64,000 bases of DNA. It comes from a virus. The position numbers and the translations under genes were made by a program. Within the stretch, counting starts at the first letter, position 1, and each line of letters opens with the position of its first letter. The notes under the pieces were generated by a model, which ran no database searches, had not been told where the DNA came from, and saw only the letters and a program-made list of their open reading frames with translations. The DNA lies in IMG/VR virus record IMGVR_UViG_3300009553_000019, positions 88,627-152,626 of that record; one strand, 5' to 3'. This document shows positions 18,391 through 27,561 of the stretch, piece by piece.

Positions 18391-20070
18391 TTGAAGATGC
18401 GTCCGCTGAAACCCGTAGACGGAAATCCATCTCTGAGTGATGATGCGATTAAGCGAATCGCTGATCGTAAAAAAGTAGCTCAAGAAGAGGTACACTCTCC
18501 AGAAATGGATCAGGCTGTCGAAGCTCAAGCTGATGAACCAGTAGAGATTGAAGCTGAGACTGTCGTTGAGGCTAAGAAACTTGCTAAGAAGGCAGGTTTT
18601 GAACCAGTAGGGAGTGGGGTTTATAAAAAGGCTCACGACCTTTGGAACATGCACAAGAGTTCCGATGGTAAGTATGCTTTAGTGAGGTTGGCTGCTGAAC
18701 CTGATGTCTTTCCTGAAGATGAGGTTAAGGAAGCTCCAAACCCAATGGAAGGAAAGACTGCGAGTCGCCATCCAGTTGAGACCTCTTATAAAGAGACTCT
18801 TATTGCTACTGCTGGAGCTGAAACTGGCCTGACTGACCGATATGGGATTACAGTCAAGGTTGGGGATGTTGTTAGCTACACTTTAGGTGGCGAAGATGTT
18901 TCTGGCAGGGTGGCTAGTTACATGGGCAATGGGTTGAATATCCAGCTTGAAGGTCAGTTGGATAGTGGCGTTCCTGCCGACTTCGTTAGTGTTAATCGAC
19001 AGGCTAGGAAATTTGCTCAAGAAGATCCAGGCCATGATTCTTTAATCGATGATGCTCATTCCATCGATATGGTCAAGCCACGTCCTAACAAAGATGATAA
19101 AATGGCTGCCAAATTTGCAGAGCTTTTTTGGTCGTCTTACGGAGCTGAACTGGCCGATACAGTGGTTAGAAACCCACTTCCAGCTAGGACTATCGAAGGT
19201 CTTAATAAGTTAGCAACAGTTGATCTTAGCAAGATCGCATCCAGAGTCTCCAAGACTGCTAGTTGGGAAGCTCTCAACGAGTATGCAGGACAGGCTAAGA
19301 CTTCATCTGTTAAAGATCTGATTGTCAGTGGTCTAGCCATTCGACAAGCTTCGGTTGAGTTGAATCTTCCATTTAATGTTGCTTGGGAATGTAGAGACGT
19401 CATCTCGACTTTAAATAAGAAGGCTGCGAAAAGCTTATTTGATGGTTTGAGAGAAGCTGAAGCGTTGCATCCATCTGATCCAGTTGTAGCTCTTATGGTT
19501 AGAGAAGCTGGTTGGAAGAATGTTAAGAAAGCTTGCTTAGCCATTCAGAGCTTTAGGGATGGGTCTCTTGATGCAATGATTAAGAAAGCTGTTGATAGCT
19601 CTGCCAAGAGTTATTGGCAAGACTACTTTGGTGATTATGGGAATGCTTGGGTTCGTGACATCAAGAGAAAAGTTAAAGCTGATCTTAGCAGGGCTGTATT
19701 GAAGAAGCAAGGTCTTGATGATGCAGCTACAAAGTACTGGGAAGAGTACTTTGGCGATTATGGTAAGAACTTGGTTGACAATGTCGATAGAGCAGTTACT
19801 AAGACCAAGTCAGTAACTCCTGAGGGTCGTAAGGCAAGTGTTGATATGCCACTGCCCCAGCCAGTTCAGCGAATTGATATCTTCGCTAATGTGATTCCAC
19901 TTCTTGATGAGCAGGTAGGGAACAATAGAGTAGCGATGGTCGTTACTCCATCCGGTGTTCATCAGGTTTTGATTCGGAGAGGTTCTGCTCAGAAACGACA
20001 GTCTCACGAATCTAAGGCAAAAGCAATTGAAGCTTACCAGAAGGCAGTGTTTGCTTTCTGTGGACTTTAA
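18391..20070 (+). CDS. large hypothetical protein, probable head/virion-associated, [KR]xA-rich with YW..YFGDYG repeats
   Basis: 559 aa; many KTA/RQA/KKA motifs; YWQDYFGDYG and YWEEYFGDYG. Confidence 0.55.
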   Translation: MKMRPLKPVDGNPSLSDDAIKRIADRKKVAQEEVHSPEMDQAVEAQADEPVEIEAETVVEAKKLAKKAGFEPVGSGVYKKAHDLWNMHKSSDGKYALVRLAAEPDVFPEDEVKEAPNPMEGKTASRHPVETSYKETLIATAGAETGLTDRYGITVKVGDVVSYTLGGEDVSGRVASYMGNGLNIQLEGQLDSGVPADFVSVNRQARKFAQEDPGHDSLIDDAHSIDMVKPRPNKDDKMAAKFAELFWSSYGAELADTVVRNPLPARTIEGLNKLATVDLSKIASRVSKTASWEALNEYAGQAKTSSVKDLIVSGLAIRQASVELNLPFNVAWECRDVISTLNKKAAKSLFDGLREAEALHPSDPVVALMVREAGWKNVKKACLAIQSFRDGSLDAMIKKAVDSSAKSYWQDYFGDYGNAWVRDIKRKVKADLSRAVLKKQGLDDAATKYWEEYFGDYGKNLVDNVDRAVTKTKSVTPEGRKASVDMPLPQPVQRIDIFANVIPLLDEQVGNNRVAMVVTPSGVHQVLIRRGSAQKRQSHESKAKAIEAYQKAVFAFCGL

Positions 20071-20086
20071 ACTAAGGGTTAGATAA

Positions 20087-20707
20087 ATGGGACTCAATAT
20101 CCAAAACCTCACCAATCAAAACATATCATTTGAGGCAACCTCCTTTTCTGCTCAGGGTCATCATCTCACTGCTAGAGCTTTGATCCCTGCAGGACAGACT
20201 GTTGATGTTGCAACTTTCTTGCCAAAGGGGATGACTCATCAGCAACTTGCTCAATCACGACAAGTATTGGATGAGTTCAACCGAGTGGGTGGTCCTCGTT
20301 ATAACCTTGTACCAACTGGTGTTACAGCTGCTAAGCTTTTGAGCCAGTTAACTGCAAACTACAACTTGGGTGTTACCCAAACAACTGGTGCTGCAGTAAC
20401 AACCCCAGGTCTTTTCTTTGGTGCTGCGACCAGAGCTGGTCAAGCTACCAAGCTTCGAATCACTACAGTTAAGGCTATTGCTGTTGGTGAGTCCTTGAAT
20501 GTTACTACACTGAATCAAAACGGTGTTAACATTCTCCCATCGACCTTGACACTGCCAGCCTCTTCAACTGCTAGAAGTTTCGTTGAAGCTGTTTTGAACT
20601 CACCAGTATCTGATGGTGATGTGTTTGAAGGCATAATTACATACACTGCTGGTGGTGGTCCAACTATCGGTGCAGTTCGCTATGAGGTTATCATAGCTAC
20701 TCAGTAA
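20087..20707 (+). CDS. probable virion structural or decoration protein
   Basis: Thr/Gly/Ala/Val-rich, beta-type composition, in the large-protein block. Confidence 0.45.
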   Translation: MGLNIQNLTNQNISFEATSFSAQGHHLTARALIPAGQTVDVATFLPKGMTHQQLAQSRQVLDEFNRVGGPRYNLVPTGVTAAKLLSQLTANYNLGVTQTTGAAVTTPGLFFGAATRAGQATKLRITTVKAIAVGESLNVTTLNQNGVNILPSTLTLPASSTARSFVEAVLNSPVSDGDVFEGIITYTAGGGPTIGAVRYEVIIATQ

Positions 20708-20717
20708 TGGATCTCTG

Positions 20718-20924
20718 ATGAGTTCTAATCAAATAGCGGAGGCTGGACGAGGGTCTGCAGCCTCCGCTATTTGTAAAGATTGTGGTCCAGCCAGTTGCTT
20801 AGATGAAAACTGCTCTGGAACCTTGAAGCAAGTTTTAGGTTTGAAACCGATACAGTATCGGTGTACAAGTTGTAAGCAAGAGTTTTTACTCTCTAAGATT
20901 CTACGCGAAAGAAAGTTTCTGTAA
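20718..20924 (+). CDS. small zinc-finger protein
   Basis: CKDC..C..C..CTSC. Confidence 0.5.
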   Translation: MSSNQIAEAGRGSAASAICKDCGPASCLDENCSGTLKQVLGLKPIQYRCTSCKQEFLLSKILRERKFL

Positions 20925-20925
20925 T

Positions 20926-23900
20926 ATGCAAACCCGCAAGGCGCTGAAAAGACTTGGTGGAAAAGACACCGATCTGTTCATCTCAAATCCGGCAGCTTTG
21001 GAAAAGTTTAAAGCGGTAGCTGAAGCAGATGCTAGCAGAATCGAAGAACGTAAGGCTCAGAAATCGATCTCTCAGCCACATTTAGATGTATTGAAGAATC
21101 GAGTCTTAGCAACCATTGATAATGACTTCAATCCTAGTCTGCCAGTTGTTGGACGGTTTGATGCCTATCAGTCCGTTAAAAAACTAGTCAATGCAAGCTC
21201 TGATCATGGCGTTAAAGCCCTAGGTTATCAGCTTAGATCACTGTGGGAAGCTGATCCTACTGGTGTTTTAACTGCTGGTCAACTTACCAATTTGAAGAAG
21301 CATTATGCTCAGTCTTATGGTAAGACAGCAGCTGTTGACATTATCTCCAACGCTCTTCCAAAAGTTGGATTTGTTGAATTACCAGTTCAGAGATTAGCTG
21401 TGATGGCTAGTCGAATTAAAACTCAAGCTGATTTTGATGAAGCTTGCAGAATTGCTGGACTTGCTGGAAACCGTCCAGACCAGATCCGAAGCCGCCAATA
21501 CATCCTCGCCTTATTAAAGATGGGTGAGAATGTTCCAGAAGCTGGAGAGGTTACTGAGGGGAATCCAATGGAGGTTGAAGTGTCAGGTCAGCCTGAAGGT
21601 CAAGTTCCAGGAATTACCGAATCGAATGCTGCTGAACAACTCTCTAACAAGAGTGCTATGGACAGCAGAGTTAGAACCTCTAGGTTACCTTCTGCTAACC
21701 AGGTTGTCGAAGCTGCTCTTGATGCTCAAACGGTTAAGATCGCTGGTTGGACGTTAAGGGTTAATGACCAAGATATGGTTGTTATCCAATCACCAACAGG
21801 TGGGCAACGCCAAGCTCGCCTTAGCCTGATTGATAAGGTTGCTAGTGACTTTTTGAAGATGGCTCAGAGTGATCCAAACTTTGATCCAAAGGTTAATCAG
21901 CAACAGCCAGATGCGGTCAAAGGCATCGGAACTGGTGATGCAGAGTTAGGACCTGATTCTGACACTGAAGAGGGTTTTAAAGAGCCAAAGCCAATTCAGA
22001 AGCATCCAGCTCAAAGCCAGGCTGGAACGTCTACTGGAGTTGTTGGTAAGACTAGTCGTAAGACAGCTGCAGCTAGGCTTGAAGCTAGTTCAACTGCTCC
22101 AAAGTGGGCTGCCACGCCTCATCTTTGGACAATGGTTTATAACAAGCTGAAGTCTGCTGGAAAGCGGACTGACTATGTTTCAGTGTCTGCTAACTATAAG
22201 CTAGCATGCCAGTTTAATGCTAAGCCTTATAAGACTGCTGGTGGTGGGGAAACCTTAGGCCCAGACAGTGGACAGGAAGAGGGGTTTTCAGTTCCATCGG
22301 TAAGCCCGCAGAACATCAATCAGCCAAAGAATCAATCAGGTACTTCGTTACCTGATAAAGCTGATGCTGAAGAGCCTGATCATGGACAGGATCCAGTGCC
22401 TTGGGAGAATGTTAAGCCAAATCCCAAGCTGTCACAGTTGATGCCTGAAGCTGACATGCAGGAGACTGCTGGTGGTCCCGGTTCTGGGCGTAAAAAAGAG
22501 AGTCCAGGTGAACACCCAGCCATTGCTAAAGAGAAAAAGCTTGAACAGCAGAGAAACCATATCTGGAACAATCAGGTTGGAAATGGTACTCCATCTCAAG
22601 CTCTTTTTAAAGCAAATGATGCTTTGCGAGACCACCAAAAGATGATGCATGATCAGGGTATTAAGCAACACCCAGATCATCCTGCGGAAACTTTTGGTAA
22701 GGGAAAGTCAGAAGGGGTTCCAGGTCTCTCTAGTACTGCTCCATTTAGTCATCAACCAAGTCCCGATCTAGGTAAGCCTAAGCCATCGACTGGACCAGTC
22801 GGGCCTCAACTGCCTACGCCAAACATTGATGAGATGCTTCAGGGTGATCCACCTAAGCCATCGACTGGGGTTCCAGGACTATCTAGTACTGCTCCATTTA
22901 GTCCTGGAGTTCAGAAACCTGGGTTGGGAATGCCATCTGATCCTGGTGCACAAAGTTTAGTAAATCCTGATCATCAATGGGATCCAGAAAAAGGTCAGTA
23001 TGCTCCAAAACCTGATATGGAGCCTGAAGCTGACAAGCATGATGACATCGAGAACCTGGAAGATCAAGCTATCAACCAGCTCCAAACAACTCAGAGCTTG
23101 GAGAAGGAAGTCAATGCGGACATTGTTGATAGCTTCGTGGCATCTCTTGATCCAGCTGAAGGTTATCGTCAAGCAAAAGCTAATCGTCCAAGTCGAGATC
23201 TTTTAGCAGGGATTGGCGATGAGAATGGCTGGTTAATGCGTCAGGCTCAGAGCTTGATTGATAACAAGCAAGTCTTCACTTCTGATCGAAACGACATCGA
23301 CCAAGATGGGGAAGCTGAAGTTCGTGAAGATGGCAAGATGGCATTTACTTTTAAGTTTGATGCCAATCTGAACCCACCAACTCAGAGAGAGCTTCAAACA
23401 TATGTTAACAGCTTTACGGGTAATCGCTCTGCTTTTATTGTTGAAGCACATCAGATCGAAGGAAACCACGCCTTCGCATTAATTCGTCAAGCTGAAGACG
23501 ATGAGATGGAACCTGATGATGATGAAAAAAGAGCTGCAATTCGTTGGGCTGCTGGTAAACAATCTCAAGAGATGAACATCCCACAGGCTGTACCAAGTTC
23601 TGGTGCAGATAATTCTGGAGGGATGTCTAACTCAGTTGAAAGCCAAATGGGAGCTAACGCCTGCATGGCTTGCAACGGATCAAACCTACAAGATGTCGGA
23701 TCTGGAATTCAATGCCAAGATTGTGGAATGATGCATGATGCTCCAGAGCAACTTCCTCAGTTAGACGTTGGCAACAACCCACAGGGAATGGGTGCTGACT
23801 ATAATGGGGCCATCCTGAATCGTGAGAGTCAAGAGAATGATAATGCAGGTCCACAACAGGATAACCCATTATCAAATGAGTTGCAGCCATACGAAGAAGA

Positions 23901-24303
23901 TGAGTTAGAGCAGCGTATGCAAACAACTCCTCCCAACAATCAAACCTACGCTTCAAAGACAGCAGCTACTCTGTCTGAAGAATGGGGAGATGGTGGGAAC
24001 TATGGCCGTCATTTAGAAGCAGATGATGCTCAAGATGTTCATCAACTCCATCGTTACATGAATGGAGAAGTCCCTGATTGGAGCCATCGCCAAATGACTC
24101 CAACAGCTCCAGGTATGACTCCACCACCGGCTCCAATGGAAACTGAATCACAAGTTCAGCCTGGAGCTGTTGGTAATCCGATGAAAGCCCCAGAACCTGT
24201 TCCTCCCAAGCTGGAACCAGAACCTGAAGTTCAGACAGCTCAAAGCCAAACTGGTGGACAGTACCTAGATCAAGACCTTGCTGCTTCTGTTGGAGGAATG
24301 TGA
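20926..24303 (+). CDS. 1125-aa largely disordered protein, probable head/internal protein, [KR]xA-rich
   Basis: P/G/Q/E-rich; internal repeats GVPGLSSTAPFS x2, PKPSTG x2, LGPDS..EEGF x2; AGGPGSGRKK; zinc ribbon CMAC..CQDC. Confidence 0.55.
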   Translation: MQTRKALKRLGGKDTDLFISNPAALEKFKAVAEADASRIEERKAQKSISQPHLDVLKNRVLATIDNDFNPSLPVVGRFDAYQSVKKLVNASSDHGVKALGYQLRSLWEADPTGVLTAGQLTNLKKHYAQSYGKTAAVDIISNALPKVGFVELPVQRLAVMASRIKTQADFDEACRIAGLAGNRPDQIRSRQYILALLKMGENVPEAGEVTEGNPMEVEVSGQPEGQVPGITESNAAEQLSNKSAMDSRVRTSRLPSANQVVEAALDAQTVKIAGWTLRVNDQDMVVIQSPTGGQRQARLSLIDKVASDFLKMAQSDPNFDPKVNQQQPDAVKGIGTGDAELGPDSDTEEGFKEPKPIQKHPAQSQAGTSTGVVGKTSRKTAAARLEASSTAPKWAATPHLWTMVYNKLKSAGKRTDYVSVSANYKLACQFNAKPYKTAGGGETLGPDSGQEEGFSVPSVSPQNINQPKNQSGTSLPDKADAEEPDHGQDPVPWENVKPNPKLSQLMPEADMQETAGGPGSGRKKESPGEHPAIAKEKKLEQQRNHIWNNQVGNGTPSQALFKANDALRDHQKMMHDQGIKQHPDHPAETFGKGKSEGVPGLSSTAPFSHQPSPDLGKPKPSTGPVGPQLPTPNIDEMLQGDPPKPSTGVPGLSSTAPFSPGVQKPGLGMPSDPGAQSLVNPDHQWDPEKGQYAPKPDMEPEADKHDDIENLEDQAINQLQTTQSLEKEVNADIVDSFVASLDPAEGYRQAKANRPSRDLLAGIGDENGWLMRQAQSLIDNKQVFTSDRNDIDQDGEAEVREDGKMAFTFKFDANLNPPTQRELQTYVNSFTGNRSAFIVEAHQIEGNHAFALIRQAEDDEMEPDDDEKRAAIRWAAGKQSQEMNIPQAVPSSGADNSGGMSNSVESQMGANACMACNGSNLQDVGSGIQCQDCGMMHDAPEQLPQLDVGNNPQGMGADYNGAILNRESQENDNAGPQQDNPLSNELQPYEEDELEQRMQTTPPNNQTYASKTAATLSEEWGDGGNYGRHLEADDAQDVHQLHRYMNGEVPDWSHRQMTPTAPGMTPPPAPMETESQVQPGAVGNPMKAPEPVPPKLEPEPEVQTAQSQTGGQYLDQDLAASVGGM

Positions 24304-25061
24304 TGAGCGAAACTAGTTTCAAAATTCGAAATCTGTCAGGAGGGATCCTTACCTTCGAACTTATGCCAATGGAGCCAGTTCCTGAAGGTACTCCACAGTG
24401 GAGAGTTAAACGCTTAGCCAGATCAGGCATCCATTTCAAGATGGGAGTTGGGGCTGTCGTTGATCTGATGGCTCCTCCTTGGAATCTTGAATGGGAAAAT
24501 GCTGTCAACCAACCTAACGTTCAGTCATACATGAATCGTGGATGGCTGAAGCACGAACCAGACGAGGTTGAGACTGAATCAGGTGAAGAGAATCAAGAGT
24601 ATCTTCCAACACTTGAGGAGTTTGTAGCTGCTGGATACAAGGCTGAAAATTACGAAACCTTTATTCAGAATCGGTCTAAACCTTCTTCAGAAGAGCCAAG
24701 CAATACTATTAACAGTGAGGTTGAACCTATTGTTAATGACGGGTCTACAGAGACTACTGAAGAAGATTCTGATGAGGATGCAGATCAGGTAGGATCTAGC
24801 CAGACTGAGTCGATTAGCTCTGATCCCGTTGAGAAATCTTCAGAAGAGATCTCTAATGAACCTGAAGATGAATCAAATGACCCATCTCCAGAAGCAGATC
24901 CAGAAGAGTTGCTTTCCATAAAAGGAATCGGAAAAGCAATGAAAGCTAAGATTCAGAAGAAGTACAATATCGACACTGTCTCAGCTCTTAAGGCTGCTAT
25001 TGCTGATGGGACAGTTACAGAGACTTCTTTAATCTCTTTGTTCCCTCCTTCTGAAGGTTGA
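24300..25061 (+). CDS. acidic protein with C-terminal helix-hairpin-helix
   Basis: E/D/S-rich linker; ELLSIKGIGKAMKAKI HhH motif. Confidence 0.6.
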   Translation: MMSETSFKIRNLSGGILTFELMPMEPVPEGTPQWRVKRLARSGIHFKMGVGAVVDLMAPPWNLEWENAVNQPNVQSYMNRGWLKHEPDEVETESGEENQEYLPTLEEFVAAGYKAENYETFIQNRSKPSSEEPSNTINSEVEPIVNDGSTETTEEDSDEDADQVGSSQTESISSDPVEKSSEEISNEPEDESNDPSPEADPEELLSIKGIGKAMKAKIQKKYNIDTVSALKAAIADGTVTETSLISLFPPSEG

Positions 25062-25141
25062 TGGATTTACAACGTAATAGTTGAGGCGGTAAACTATATT
25101 GAGAGACTGACTCTCAAAACCTGCAAAGGAAAAAATCTACC

Positions 25142-25762
25142 ATGAAAACGACGATAAAAACTCTTCTTCCAATCCTGCTGCTACTTGCTCTGTTCTGCAC
25201 ACCACGAACTGCCTCCGCCCAAACGTGGTGTTTCCGATACATGTCCAGCGAGTATTTCGAGTTCCATACGCTGAACCAATGGTCGGTTTGGAACAACTCA
25301 TTTGGTAGCGTAGCGGAAAGCACTCGGATGAGTTACCCGGCTGGAGGAACGTCGGCGTCTTTTTACATCTCTCAGTTTGATCCACCAGAAGCGTTCATCG
25401 TGATCGACCACCCGTACGATGCTCATTTTGGTGCCCCACAACAAGCTTCCCACCAGGTTGGATGTCCATTCGATTTCATCAAGCCAGTTGGTAAACCTAA
25501 ATACTGCGCGATGGCAGCTTACGTCCATGCTGACTCCCATGTGAAGGGAAGCATCCAGATGTTGGACTCGAACTACTTCTATCAGTATGTAGAGAGTTTC
25601 GATATACCACCAACCCCAGCCGGTCAGTGGCACTTCGTTGGGACACCAGCGATACAAAACTGCACTCAGAATATGATCGCTCGAGTCGAATTGGACAAGC
25701 CAGGCGAATATCAGGAAAACCGCGCGTACGTCGATTTCGTCTCCGTCACTTGGTGGTATTGA
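25142..25762 (+). CDS. secreted beta-rich protein with Sec signal peptide
   Basis: MKTTIKTLLPILLLLALFCTPRTASA-Q signal peptide; AAAGGA RBS; more C/G-ending codons than neighbours. Confidence 0.7.
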   Translation: MKTTIKTLLPILLLLALFCTPRTASAQTWCFRYMSSEYFEFHTLNQWSVWNNSFGSVAESTRMSYPAGGTSASFYISQFDPPEAFIVIDHPYDAHFGAPQQASHQVGCPFDFIKPVGKPKYCAMAAYVHADSHVKGSIQMLDSNYFYQYVESFDIPPTPAGQWHFVGTPAIQNCTQNMIARVELDKPGEYQENRAYVDFVSVTWWY

Positions 25763-25783
25763 GTTCAGATTACTCTTTCAATT

Positions 25784-26059
25784 ATGAAACTCATACCAAC
25801 ACTACTGTTGCTAGTTGGCTGCTCTGGTTCAATCGACGAAACCAGATCCTACGCTGGCAGCCCATTTGAATCTAGCAACCATTCTACTCCCATTGAAAAC
25901 ATCACGTGTACCACTTCCGTTTTGGACGATGACTGCTCGATAGAACAAAGCGTCGTCCGTTGTACTAGCGAGATCGAACGACCCGACACTCAGTACTGCA
26001 CTGGACCGATCGATCGACCTAACCAAATAATTGGTCGTGTTTGGTGCTGTGATCGATGA
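25784..26059 (+). CDS. small Cys-rich lipoprotein
   Basis: MKLIPTLLLLVG-C lipobox; six further Cys ending in WCC. Confidence 0.65.
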   Translation: MKLIPTLLLLVGCSGSIDETRSYAGSPFESSNHSTPIENITCTTSVLDDDCSIEQSVVRCTSEIERPDTQYCTGPIDRPNQIIGRVWCCDR

Positions 26060-27561
26060 TTGAAGATCACTTCTCAAACCGTTCACTGAAGATTCTAGCA
26101 TTTAAGACTAGAGTTTCAGTGAGGATTGGAAGTGGCAAGCTTTACTGTGAAGTAGCTAACAGCCCAGTGGAATCGACCATCGGGCTGCAAAAGCATGCCT
26201 TGCTTAAGGATGGGCAAGGCATGCTTTTTCCCTTTACACCACCAAGGTACACAGAGTTTCATATGGGAAAGGTTGCATTTCCCATTGATATTGTGTTTAT
26301 TGGTGCTGATCGTAAAGTTGCAAAGATTGTTGCTAACATCCAACCTGGAACAAAAGGGCATTGGGGCTGTAATAACACTGCCTTTGTAGTTGAAGCTAAG
26401 GGTGGTTGGGCTGCTAACCACTCAGTAACTGAAGGTTTAATGGTAGAGCTTAACCCTTTTGAAGATGAAGATAAAGAGGGAGCTGCTACCTCCGATGTAT
26501 TAAGAACCATCACTGAAGCATCAGTTAAAGCAGAGATCAATAGAGCTATCAGACTTGGTCAGATTCCTGCTTTAGATCGCTTTGCAAACTTATCAGATAT
26601 TGATAAGAAGGTTGTAGCTGTTCATAGTCTTGATTCGGCTAAAAGCTTACTCTCTAAGTATGATGAGAACCCAGGTTTCTATAGGGTGATAATCTCTCGT
26701 ATGATTCGAGAAGCTAGCAAGCACAGTCAGATCAAGCTAGATGATGTAATTCTGCCAATCCAGACTGGATATGAATGTCCTTGCTGCAAGCATCCTAACT
26801 GTGACTTACATGGTAGAAGCCAAAAGGCAGCCCAACAGATTGTCTTGATGTTGACACCTGAACTCATGCAACAGCTTCAGTTAGGGATGGATCCCTTTCA
26901 GAGCATGAGTCCAAATGTTCAGTCTGCTTTTGAACGAATTAGCAAGCTGCTTGAAGCCAATGTGGATGATTCCAAGCTTGCTTCTGCTTGGAAAGAAGCT
27001 CAGGGAAGCTTAGATTTTTGGGAGCGTGATGCTCTTGTTAGATCTTTGCATGATAGCGGGTTTAAGAGAGCTATTGGTTTGCTAAAGATTGCTCAAGAGC
27101 ATGGAAAAGTTACTCTTACAGATCGTAGAAACCCTGGGGCAGTAAACCATATCTCTCCAGAGACTAAGTACAGTAGCAACCAGATTCCCGCAGATATTCC
27201 AGGTGTTGGAGATGCTGCTGACTTTTCTAACTGGGATCAATCAACTGGTTACGATCAGTCTAATCCACAGTTCTTAAATGAGGATGGGCCTGGATACCGG
27301 CCTGGTTCAAAGCAGGCTGGTGGCGGGATTCATCCAGGCGACCGAGTAAAAGTTACCCAAGCTGTTGATGGGTTACAGGATGATGATGCTGGAGTCGCAG
27401 AAGAAGTCCAAGAAGGGGTTATCCTCGTTCGTTTAGACGGTGGAGAAACTCGATGGATTTCTGATAAAGTTCTTAGTGTTGAAAAGAGTAAAGATGACAT
27501 CCTTTCGGACGATAAAGAAAAAGGCAAGTCGTCTGGTGGATGGCATGGGTGGGGTCATTAA
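26056..27561 (+). CDS. DUF192-domain protein with [KR]xA-delimited C-terminal modules
   Basis: CEVANS..GLQ..L..GQGMLFPF..FHMGKVAFPIDIVFI..FVVEAKGGW is DUF192; SH3-like C-terminus. Confidence 0.75.
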   Translation: MIEDHFSNRSLKILAFKTRVSVRIGSGKLYCEVANSPVESTIGLQKHALLKDGQGMLFPFTPPRYTEFHMGKVAFPIDIVFIGADRKVAKIVANIQPGTKGHWGCNNTAFVVEAKGGWAANHSVTEGLMVELNPFEDEDKEGAATSDVLRTITEASVKAEINRAIRLGQIPALDRFANLSDIDKKVVAVHSLDSAKSLLSKYDENPGFYRVIISRMIREASKHSQIKLDDVILPIQTGYECPCCKHPNCDLHGRSQKAAQQIVLMLTPELMQQLQLGMDPFQSMSPNVQSAFERISKLLEANVDDSKLASAWKEAQGSLDFWERDALVRSLHDSGFKRAIGLLKIAQEHGKVTLTDRRNPGAVNHISPETKYSSNQIPADIPGVGDAADFSNWDQSTGYDQSNPQFLNEDGPGYRPGSKQAGGGIHPGDRVKVTQAVDGLQDDDAGVAEEVQEGVILVRLDGGETRWISDKVLSVEKSKDDILSDDKEKGKSSGGWHGWGH

